A stretch of DNA of 64,000 nt from Escherichia coli (lineage in GTDB: Bacteria > Pseudomonadota > Gammaproteobacteria > Enterobacterales > Enterobacteriaceae). Position numbers and translations under genes: made by a program. The DNA is taken from assembly GCF_003991155.1 (NCBI RefSeq), contig NZ_CP031293.1; one strand, written 5' to 3'. Shown here in pieces: positions 56,002 through 64,000 of the stretch (positions within the stretch are counted from its first letter, which is position 1; every line of letters starts with the position of its first letter). The notes under the pieces are model-generated. The model searched no databases. It was not told where the DNA came from and saw only the letters and a list, made by a program, of their open reading frames with translations.

Positions 56002-59000
56002 ATGGACAAGGAATTACCGTGGCTGGCGGATAACGCCCAACTGGAACTGAAATATAAAAAAGGCAAAACACCACTCAGCCATCGCAATTGGCCGGGAGAA
56101 CCGGTGCCTGTTATCACTGAAAGCCTCATCCAGACACTGGGTGATAAATTGCTACACATTGCTGAGAAGAAAAAAAACATTGTCTGGCGTTATGAAAATT
56201 TTTCACTGGAATGGCAGTCCGCCATCACGCAGGCCATCAACTTGATCGGCGAGCACAAACCCTCAGTTCCGGCCCGGACAATGGCGGCGCTAGCCTGTAT
56301 CGCGCAAAATGACAGCCAACAGTTGCTCGACGAAATCGTCCAACAAGAGGGACTGGAATATGCGACTGAGGTGGTGATTGCACGCCAGTTTATTGCACAG
56401 TGTTATGAGAGTGATCCTCTGCTAGTGACATTGCAGTATCAGAACGAGGATTATGGCTATGGTTATCGCTCAGAAACCTATAACGAATTCGATCTCCGAC
56501 TGCGTAAGCATCTCTCTCTGGCAGAGGAAAGCTGCTGGCAGCGTTGCGCCGACAAACTCATTGCCGCACTGCCAGGACTACCCCAAGTTCGCCGTCCTTT
56601 TATTGCGCTGATCCTCCCGGAAAAACCAGAAATCGCCAATGAGTTGGTAGGCCTTGAATGCCCGTGGACTCATTTTCATTCTAAGGAGTGGTTAAAAGTT
56701 GTTGCTACTGACCACAGGGCAGTGGGAAAACTCGAACGCTACTGGAGCCAGGATATATTTAGCGATCGCGAAGCCAGCTACATGTCGCATGAAAACCACT
56801 TCGGCTACGCGGCCTGCGCCGCCCTTTTGCGCGAACAAGGAATTGCAGCCGTTCCACGCCTCGCGATGTATGCCCATAAAGAAGATTGCGGCAGTCTGCT
56901 GGTACAAATTAACCATCCGCAGGTCATCCGTACCCTGCTGTTAGTTGCTGATAAAAATAAACCCAGCCTGCAACGTGTGGCTAAATACAGTAAAAACTTC
57001 CCCCATGCGACGCTTGCCGCACTGGCAGAGCTTCTGGCGTTAAAAGAACCGCCTGCACGCCCTGGTTATCCAATCATCGAAGACAAAAAGCTGCCTGCAC
57101 AGCAAAAAGCTCGAGATGAATACTGGCGTACGCTGTTACAAACGCTGATGGCATCGCAGCCACAACTGGCAGAAGAGGTGATGCCGTGGTTAAGTACTCA
57201 AGCCCAGGCAGTGCTGAATAGTTATTTATCGGCACCGCCCAAAACGGTTATTGATAGCACCGATAACATCCAAATGCCTGAAATCCTCGTTTCACCACCG
57301 TGGCGTAGTAAGAAAAAAATGACAGTTCCACGTCTTGATTTGGCACCGTTCGAATTAACGCCGCAAGTTTACTGGCAACCAGGCGAACGAGAGAGGCTTG
57401 CCGCCACTGAGTCTGCCCGTTATTTCAGCACGGAATCTCTTGCGGAACGCATGGAACAAAAAAGTGGACGAGTTGTATTACAGGAGCTGGGTTTTGGAGA
57501 TGATGTATGGCTGTTTTTGAATTATATACTCCCCGGAAAACTGGATGCTGCACGCAATTCACTCATTGTTCAGTGGCATTACTACCCAGGGCGGGTTGAA
57601 GAGATCATGAATGGCTGGAGCTCCCCGGAAGCTCAATTAGCAGAACAGGCGCTTCGCAACGGTCACGTAGAAGTGTTAATTAACATATGGGAAAATGACA
57701 GCTACTCACGCTATCGTCGGGAAAAGAGTATCTGGAACCTGTATTTATTGGCGCAGTTGCCGCGTGAGATGGCTTTGACTTTCTGGCTACGTATCAATGA
57801 GAAAAAGCATCTGTCTGCGGGTGAGGACTATTTTCTCAGTATCTTCGGATTGGATGCTCTACCAGGTCTGCTGTTGGCTTTTTCACATCGTCCAAAAGAA
57901 ACATTTCCATTAATTTTAAATTTCGGCGCAACAGAACTGGCCCTGCCCGTTGCCCGCGTCTGGCGACGTTTCGCGGCGCAGCGTGATCTGGCTCGCCAGT
58001 GGATTTTACATTGGCCGGAACATACAGCTACTGCACTTATCCCTCTTGTCTTCACCAAATCCAGCGATAATAGCGAAGCTGCATTACTTGCCCTGCGTTT
58101 ACTTTACGAACAGGGACATGGCGAATTACTGCAAACCGTGGCAAACCGCTGGCAGCATACAGATGTATGGCCTGCCCTGGAGCAATTACTTAAACAGGGT
58201 CCAATGGACATTTACCCGGCACGCATTCCCAAAGCCCCTGATTTCTGGCATCCGACAATGTGGTCCAGACCGAGACTTATCACGAATAATCAGCCTGTTA
58301 CCGATGATGCTCTGGAAATTATCGGCGACATGCTGCGCTTTACCCAGGGCGGACGTTTTTATTGCGGGCTGGAACAACTGAAAACGTTCTGCCAGCCACA
58401 AACGCTGGCAGCTTTTGCCTGGGATCTCTTCACCGCGTGGCAACAAGTTGGCGCCCCCGCAAAAGACAACTGGGCATTTCTGGCGTTAAGTCTCTTCGGT
58501 GACGAAAGCACGGCTCGGGATCTGACAACACAGATCCTCGCCTGGCCACAGGAAGGCAAATCTGCCCGTGCCGTCAGTGGCCTGAACATACTTACTCAGA
58601 TGAATAATGATATGGCGCTGATACAGCTGCATCATATATCGCAACGGGCGAAATCCCGCCCCTTACGTGATAACGCGGCGGAATTTCTTCAGGTGGTCGC
58701 AGAAAATCGTAGGCTAAGCCAGGAACAGTTAGCGGACAGATTAGTCCCAACACTGGGTCTTGATGATCCGCAGGCGTTGAGTTTTGATTTTGGTCCACGG
58801 CAATTTACCGTTCGCTTTGATGAAAACCTTAACCCGGTTATCTTTGATCAGCAAAACGTTCGCCAGAAAAGCGTTCCCCGGTTGCGCGCCGATGACGATC
58901 AACTGAAAGCGCCCGAGGCACTGGCCCGACTAAAAGGGCTAAAAAAAGATGCGACTCAGGTGAGCAAAAACCTGCTCCCGCGTCTTGAAACGGCCCTACG

Positions 59001-59634
59001 CACCACCCGACGCTGGTCGCTGGCAGATTTTCATACTCTGTTTGTTAATCATCCCTTTACCCGCCTGGTTACTCAGCGATTAATATGGGGCGTGTATCCG
59101 GCAAATGAACCGCGTCGTTTACTCAACGCCTTTCGTGTGGCCGCAGAGGGGGAGTTCTGCAATGCACAAGATGAGCCCATTGACCTGCCTGCGGATGCTT
59201 TGATTGGCATTGCCCACCCGTTAGAAATGACAGCAGAAATGCGCAGTGAATTTGCACAGCTTTTTGCCGATTACGAAATTATGCCGCCTTTTCGCCAGTT
59301 GACGAGGCGCACAGTGCTGCTCACGCCTGACGAGTCAGCCAGTAACAGCCTGACTCGCTGGGAAGGTAAATCCGCTACCGTTGGGCAACTTATGGGAATG
59401 CGATACAAAGGCTGGGAGTCAGGCTATGAGGACGCATTTGTCTATGACCTGGGCGAGTACCGGCTGGTCCTTAAGTTTTCATCCGGTTTTAACCACTACA
59501 ATGTTGATAGCAAAGCGCTAATGAGCTTCCGTTCTCTTCATGTATACCGTGACAATAAATCTGTCACTTTTGCCGAACTTGATGTGTTTGATTTGAGTGA
59601 AGCGTTAAGCGCACCCGACGTCATTTTCCATTAA
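56002..59634 (+). CDS. yehI: DUF4132-family large protein YehI (no WGR domain)
   Basis: 1210-aa ORF sharing central and C-terminal blocks with the two upstream paralogs. Confidence 0.85.
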   Translation: MDKELPWLADNAQLELKYKKGKTPLSHRNWPGEPVPVITESLIQTLGDKLLHIAEKKKNIVWRYENFSLEWQSAITQAINLIGEHKPSVPARTMAALACIAQNDSQQLLDEIVQQEGLEYATEVVIARQFIAQCYESDPLLVTLQYQNEDYGYGYRSETYNEFDLRLRKHLSLAEESCWQRCADKLIAALPGLPQVRRPFIALILPEKPEIANELVGLECPWTHFHSKEWLKVVATDHRAVGKLERYWSQDIFSDREASYMSHENHFGYAACAALLREQGIAAVPRLAMYAHKEDCGSLLVQINHPQVIRTLLLVADKNKPSLQRVAKYSKNFPHATLAALAELLALKEPPARPGYPIIEDKKLPAQQKARDEYWRTLLQTLMASQPQLAEEVMPWLSTQAQAVLNSYLSAPPKTVIDSTDNIQMPEILVSPPWRSKKKMTVPRLDLAPFELTPQVYWQPGERERLAATESARYFSTESLAERMEQKSGRVVLQELGFGDDVWLFLNYILPGKLDAARNSLIVQWHYYPGRVEEIMNGWSSPEAQLAEQALRNGHVEVLINIWENDSYSRYRREKSIWNLYLLAQLPREMALTFWLRINEKKHLSAGEDYFLSIFGLDALPGLLLAFSHRPKETFPLILNFGATELALPVARVWRRFAAQRDLARQWILHWPEHTATALIPLVFTKSSDNSEAALLALRLLYEQGHGELLQTVANRWQHTDVWPALEQLLKQGPMDIYPARIPKAPDFWHPTMWSRPRLITNNQPVTDDALEIIGDMLRFTQGGRFYCGLEQLKTFCQPQTLAAFAWDLFTAWQQVGAPAKDNWAFLALSLFGDESTARDLTTQILAWPQEGKSARAVSGLNILTQMNNDMALIQLHHISQRAKSRPLRDNAAEFLQVVAENRRLSQEQLADRLVPTLGLDDPQALSFDFGPRQFTVRFDENLNPVIFDQQNVRQKSVPRLRADDDQLKAPEALARLKGLKKDATQVSKNLLPRLETALRTTRRWSLADFHTLFVNHPFTRLVTQRLIWGVYPANEPRRLLNAFRVAAEGEFCNAQDEPIDLPADALIGIAHPLEMTAEMRSEFAQLFADYEIMPPFRQLTRRTVLLTPDESASNSLTRWEGKSATVGQLMGMRYKGWESGYEDAFVYDLGEYRLVLKFSSGFNHYNVDSKALMSFRSLHVYRDNKSVTFAELDVFDLSEALSAPDVIFH

Positions 59635-59694
59635 ACCACAGCGGGCAGTGATGCGACTGCCCGTTATTAACACGACCTGCCACCGGGAAAAGCG

Positions 59695-60015
59695 ATGATC
59701 GTGCAAAAAGAGCTGGTCGCTATTTATGATTATGAAGTCCCTGTACCTGAAGATCCGTTTTCCTTCAGACTTGAGATCCATAAATGCTCTGAATTATTTA
59801 CAGGTTCCATCTACCGGCTGGAGCGATTCCGGCTACATCCAACATTTCATCAACGTGATCGAGAGGATATCGACCCGCTAATAAATGATGCGTTGATTTA
59901 TATAAGAGATGAGTTTATTGATGAGCGAAAATTACGGGGCGAATCACCAGAAATGGTAATAGCCATTTTTAATCGTGAACTACAGAATATATTCAACCAA
60001 GAAATAGAAAAATAG
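59695..60015 (+). CDS. yehK: Small protein YehK
   Basis: 106-aa ORF at conserved position. Confidence 0.75.
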   Translation: MIVQKELVAIYDYEVPVPEDPFSFRLEIHKCSELFTGSIYRLERFRLHPTFHQRDREDIDPLINDALIYIRDEFIDERKLRGESPEMVIAIFNRELQNIFNQEIEK

Positions 60016-60068
60016 CTTTATTAAAGAGGGAGACGGTATTCCCCCTTAGATGCGTTTCAATTTGCCCG

Positions 60069-60158
60069 TTACTTCAACAAATCAATCAACCGTAACAGAG
60101 CCACTAATAACTCCAGTACGGCAATGAGCACAGTTAACTTTTGTGTCAGCGTGTCCAT
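60069..60158 (-). CDS. zorO: Type I toxin, ZorO-like small hydrophobic peptide (29 aa)
   Basis: Minus-strand ORF MDTLTQKLTVLIAVLELLVALLRLIDLLK with TAAGGAGA SD; matches my memory of ZorO; approximate coordinates. Confidence 0.6.
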   Translation of the reverse strand: MDTLTQKLTVLIAVLELLVALLRLIDLLK

Positions 60159-60384
60159 CCGCTCTCCTTATTAAGGAGCGCAACACCAGCACCTTACCCT
60201 TACACTGCCTGTCGATACTGGTTTACGTATGTTGGACCACGATGTTGCACTCCGGATCAGGGCACTACCTGCGGCACCACCCGTCCGGTAGCCATGACTT
60301 GAAATGGGTTCGATCCGGCGCAACGTCCCAACAGTCAGGATTATAAATCTCATTATCTTAATTGCAACGGGGTCCACCGATGGT

Positions 60385-60469
60385 TATAATTCGTTCGTTG
60401 GAACACGATGTTGCACAGGCTGCGGCGTTGGGCCTGAAAATAGTAAATAAAAGAACCTGCCTCACCAGC
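60385..60469 (+). ncRNA. orzO: Putative OrzO-like antisense sRNA antitoxin (boundaries uncertain)
   Basis: Plus-strand CACGATGTTGCAC can pair with the zorO 5' UTR (same 13-mer at ~60237); ends in hairpin ACCTGC-CTCACCA-GCAGGT plus T7. Confidence 0.4.
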
Positions 60470-60590
60470 AGGTTTTTTTATTTACTGTGATCTGCTTTCC
60501 AGATATTTTCCGCTCAAACAACTAATGCGCCAAACATTTATTGCGCGTAAAATATCGTTTATTTCATTAATACATTTCAGGGATGAATAT

Positions 60591-61679
60591 ATGTCACCGC
60601 AGAATAATCATCTGCAGCGTCCGCCTGCCGCTGTGTTATACGCCGATGAACTGGCAAAATTAAAACAAAATGATCACGCACCTTGCCCGCCCGGTTGGCA
60701 GTTAAGTTTGCCTGCGGCCCGTGCTTTTATCCTTGGCGACGAAGCGCAAAATATTAGCCGTAAAGTCGTGATCAGTCCCTCCGCTGTCGAACGCATGTTA
60801 GTCACTCTCGCTACCGGGCGCGGTTTGATGTTGGTGGGGGAACCTGGCACCGCAAAATCGCTCCTGTCTGAATTACTGGCAACCGCTATTAGCGGCGATG
60901 CCGGGTTAACCATCCAGGGCGGCGCATCTACCACCGAAGATCAAATCAAGTACGGCTGGAACTACGCTCTGCTTATCAATCATGGTCCATCAACGGAAGC
61001 GCTGGTCCCTGCCCCGCTTTACCAGGGAATGCGCGACGGCAAAATCGTCCGTTTTGAAGAAATAACGCGTACACCGCTGGAAGTGCAGGACTGTCTGTTA
61101 GGTATGCTTTCTGACAGGGTGATGACGGTGCCGGAACTCACCGGTGAAGCCAGTCAGCTCTATGCGCGGGAAGGCTTTAATATTATTGCCACTGCCAATA
61201 CCCGCGATCGCGGCGTCAATGAAATGAGTGCTGCGCTAAAGCGTCGTTTCGATTTTGAAACTGTCTTTCCGATTATGGATTTCGCTCAGGAGCTGGAGCT
61301 TGTCGCCAGTGCTTCGGCGCGTTTGCTGGCCCATAGCGGTATTCCGCATAAAGTGCCTGACGCGGTACTGGAGTTACTGGTCCGCACCTTCCGCGATCTG
61401 CGTGCCAACGGCGAAAAGAAAACGTCAATGGATACACTAACAGCGATTATGTCCACCGCTGAAGCCGTGAACGTGGCCCACGCTGTGGGCGTCCGCGCCT
61501 GGTTTTTAGCGAATCGCGCAGGTGAGCCAGCCGATCTGGTGGACTGTATTGCCGGAACCATCGTCAAAGATAACGAAGAAGATCGCGCTCGTCTGCGCCG
61601 TTACTTCGAACAGCGAGTCGCCACACATAAAGAAGCTCACTGGCAGGCTTATTATCAAGCCCGCCACCGCCTGCCGTGA
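60591..61679 (+). CDS. yehL: MoxR-family AAA+ ATPase YehL
   Basis: Start at MSPQNNHLQ inside the 60525 ORF; Walker A GEPGTAKS. Confidence 0.85.
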   Translation: MSPQNNHLQRPPAAVLYADELAKLKQNDHAPCPPGWQLSLPAARAFILGDEAQNISRKVVISPSAVERMLVTLATGRGLMLVGEPGTAKSLLSELLATAISGDAGLTIQGGASTTEDQIKYGWNYALLINHGPSTEALVPAPLYQGMRDGKIVRFEEITRTPLEVQDCLLGMLSDRVMTVPELTGEASQLYAREGFNIIATANTRDRGVNEMSAALKRRFDFETVFPIMDFAQELELVASASARLLAHSGIPHKVPDAVLELLVRTFRDLRANGEKKTSMDTLTAIMSTAEAVNVAHAVGVRAWFLANRAGEPADLVDCIAGTIVKDNEEDRARLRRYFEQRVATHKEAHWQAYYQARHRLP

Positions 61680-61689
61680 GGAAAGATGC

Positions 61690-63969
61690 ATGAGCGAGCC
61701 GTTAATTGTCGGCATCCGGCATCATAGCCCGGCCTGCGCCCGGCTGGTGAAATCGTTAATCGAAAGCCAGCGGCCACGATACGTGTTGATTGAAGGCCCG
61801 GCTGATTTTAATGACCGGGTAGACGAACTGTTTTTAGCCCACCAGCTTCCGGTAGCTATTTACAGTTATTGCCAGTATCAGGACGGTACGGCCCCCGGGC
61901 GCGGTGCCTGGACGCCATTTGCTGAATTTTCACCGGAGTGGCAGGCGCTACAAGCCGCACGTCGTATTCAGGCACAAACTTACTTCATCGATTTACCTTG
62001 CTGGGCGCAGAGTGAAGAAGATGACGATTCGCCTGATACGCAAGAGGAAAGCCAGACCTTGCTGCTGCGTGCCACCCGCATGGATAACAGCGACACCCTG
62101 TGGGATCACTTGTTCGAAGATGAAAGCCAGCAAACTGCATTACCCTCTGCGCTGGCGCACTATTTTGCACAACTGCGGGGCGATTCCCCCGGAGATGCTC
62201 TCAATCGTCAGCGCGAAGCCTTTATGGCCCGCTGGATTGCATGGGCGATGCAGCAAAACAATGGCGACGTGTTAGTCGTCTGCGGCGGCTGGCATGCTCC
62301 GGCACTGGCAAAGATGTGGCGCGAATACACGCAGGAAATTAACACGCCGGAATTGCCCTCGCTGGCAGATGTCGTTACAGGTTGTTATCTCACCCCCTAC
62401 AGTGAAAAGCGCCTTGATGTGCTGGCAGGATACCTTTCCGGTATGCCTGCCCCGGTCTGGCAAAACTGGTGCTGGCGGTGGGGCTTGCAGCAGGCAGGTG
62501 AACAACTGCTGAAAACGGTTCTTACCCGTTTGCGCCAGCACCACTTGCCTGCTTCAACAGCGGATATGGCTGCCGCTCATCTGCATGCGATGGCACTGGC
62601 ACAGTTGCGCGGTCATACACTACCGTTACGCACTGACTGGCTGGATGCCATAGCAGGCTCGCTGATTAAAGAAGCCCTGAATGCGCCGTTGCCGTGGAGC
62701 TATCGCGGCGTTATTCATCCCGATACCGATCCGATTCTGCTAACGTTGATAGACACATTAGCGGGTGACGGATTCGGTAAACTTGCCCCTTCTACGCCAC
62801 AACCGCCTCTGCCAAAAGATGTCACCTGCGAACTGGAACGTACCGCAATCTCTCTTCCGGCGGAGCTTACCTTAAATCGCTTTAACCCCAATGGACTAGC
62901 GCAAAGTCAGGTGTTACATCGGCTGGCAATACTGGAGATCCCAGGGATTGTACGCCAGCAGGGAAGCACACTGACACTTGCAGGCAACGGTGAAGAACGC
63001 TGGAAATTAACCCGCCCGCTTAGCCAGCATGCGGCATTGATTGAGGCCGCCTGCTTTGGTGCAACACTCCAGGAAGCCGCACGCCATAAATTAGAAGCCG
63101 ATATGCTGGACGCGGGTGGAATCGGCAGTATCACCACATGTCTTAGCCAGGCGGCGTTAGCGGGTCTGGCGTCCTTCAGTCAGCAATTACTGGAACAACT
63201 CACATTATTAATCGCCCAAGAAAATCAGTTTGCCGAAATGGGCCAGGCGCTGGAAGTGCTTTACGCCTTGTGGCAGCTCGATGAAATCAGCGGTATGCAA
63301 GGCGCGCAGATATTACAAACGACGTTATGCGCGGCTATCGATCGCACGCTGTGGCTGTGTGAATCTAACGGCAGACCGGATGAAAAGGAGTTTCACGCTC
63401 ACCTGCATAGCTGGCAAGCGCTTTGCCATATCCTGCGCGATCTACATAGCGGCGTTAATTTACCCGGCGTTTCTCTTTCTGCGGCGGTAGCCTTACTGGA
63501 GCGACGCAGTCAGGCGATTCATGCCCCGGCGCTGGATCGCGGCGCGGCTCTTGGCGCACTAATGCGTCTGGAACATCCCAACGCCAGTGCCGAAGCGGCG
63601 CTGACGATGCTGGCGCAGTTATCCCCGGCACAATCCGGCGAGGCGCTGCACGGTTTGCTGGCGCTGGCCCGCCATCAACTGGCCTGTCAGCTGGCATTTA
63701 TCGCCGGTTTCAGTAGTCATTTAAATCAACTGAGTGACGACGATTTTATTAACGCCCTGCCCGATTTACGCGCGGCGATGGCCTGGCTACCACCACGAGA
63801 ACGCGGGACGCTGGCGCATCAGGTGCTTGAGCATTACCAGCTCGCACAGCTTCCCATTTCAGCGCTGCAAATGCCGTTGCATTGTCCACCGCAAGCCATT
63901 GCACATCATCAACAACTCGAACAGCAGGCACTGGCATCGCTGCAACACTGGGGAGTTTTCCATGTCTGA
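61690..63969 (+). CDS. yehM: Uncharacterised protein YehM
   Basis: Start at MSEPLIVGI (in frame within the 61522 ORF, just after the yehL stop); 759 aa. Confidence 0.8.
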   Translation: MSEPLIVGIRHHSPACARLVKSLIESQRPRYVLIEGPADFNDRVDELFLAHQLPVAIYSYCQYQDGTAPGRGAWTPFAEFSPEWQALQAARRIQAQTYFIDLPCWAQSEEDDDSPDTQEESQTLLLRATRMDNSDTLWDHLFEDESQQTALPSALAHYFAQLRGDSPGDALNRQREAFMARWIAWAMQQNNGDVLVVCGGWHAPALAKMWREYTQEINTPELPSLADVVTGCYLTPYSEKRLDVLAGYLSGMPAPVWQNWCWRWGLQQAGEQLLKTVLTRLRQHHLPASTADMAAAHLHAMALAQLRGHTLPLRTDWLDAIAGSLIKEALNAPLPWSYRGVIHPDTDPILLTLIDTLAGDGFGKLAPSTPQPPLPKDVTCELERTAISLPAELTLNRFNPNGLAQSQVLHRLAILEIPGIVRQQGSTLTLAGNGEERWKLTRPLSQHAALIEAACFGATLQEAARHKLEADMLDAGGIGSITTCLSQAALAGLASFSQQLLEQLTLLIAQENQFAEMGQALEVLYALWQLDEISGMQGAQILQTTLCAAIDRTLWLCESNGRPDEKEFHAHLHSWQALCHILRDLHSGVNLPGVSLSAAVALLERRSQAIHAPALDRGAALGALMRLEHPNASAEAALTMLAQLSPAQSGEALHGLLALARHQLACQLAFIAGFSSHLNQLSDDDFINALPDLRAAMAWLPPRERGTLAHQVLEHYQLAQLPISALQMPLHCPPQAIAHHQQLEQQALASLQHWGVFHV

Positions 63970-64000
63970 ACTGAACGATCTTCTGACCACCTGTGAGCTA
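63962..64000 (+). CDS. yehP: YehP (VWA-domain protein), 5' end only
   Basis: ATG overlapping the yehM stop (ATGTCTGA); frame open to window end; identity from synteny only. Confidence 0.5.
   Translation, partial: MSELNDLLTTCEL

Noticed and set aside
60143-60377. 67/68-aa ORFs on both strands in the yehK-yehL intergenic region
   Set aside because: No RBS and implausible composition; the region is better explained by the 29-aa toxin ORF with a strong SD plus a terminator-bounded antisense RNA.

Overview
Enterobacterial chromosome, almost certainly Escherichia coli, in the conserved order mdtA(3' end)-mdtBCD-baeSR-yegP-yegQ(trhP)-cyaR-yegR-yegS-gatR-gatDCBAZY-fbaB-yegTUV-yegW-yegX-thiD-thiM-rcnR-rcnAB-yehABCD-yehE-mrp-metG-(WGR/DUF4132 genes)-yehI-yehK-yehL-yehM-yehP(5' end). 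Gene names rest on recognised protein sequences and synteny recalled from E. coli K-12; no database search was possible. Several segments look accessory relative to K-12. The main one is a ~7.65 kb integrase-bounded island inserted exactly at the 5' end of the thiM TPP riboswitch, flanked by perfect 82-bp direct repeats. It carries a plasmid-like replication module, a 1.7 kb iteron-rich non-coding region, a serine recombinase, an XRE regulator, a small secreted protein and a McrA-like HNH nuclease. Other accessory features are a parDE-like toxin-antitoxin pair between yegP and yegQ, a zorO-like type I toxin gene between yehK and yehL, an intact gatR, an apparently unoccupied P2 attB at the cyaR 3' end, and three tandem WGR/DUF4132 paralogs upstream of the MoxR-type ATPase yehL. 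thiM carries an in-frame TGA that removes its last 8 codons and its ancestral stop/start overlap with thiD. Coordinates taken from the ORF track are exact; coordinates I derived by counting in the text (RNAs, repeats, terminators, small ORFs) may be off by 1-2 nt.
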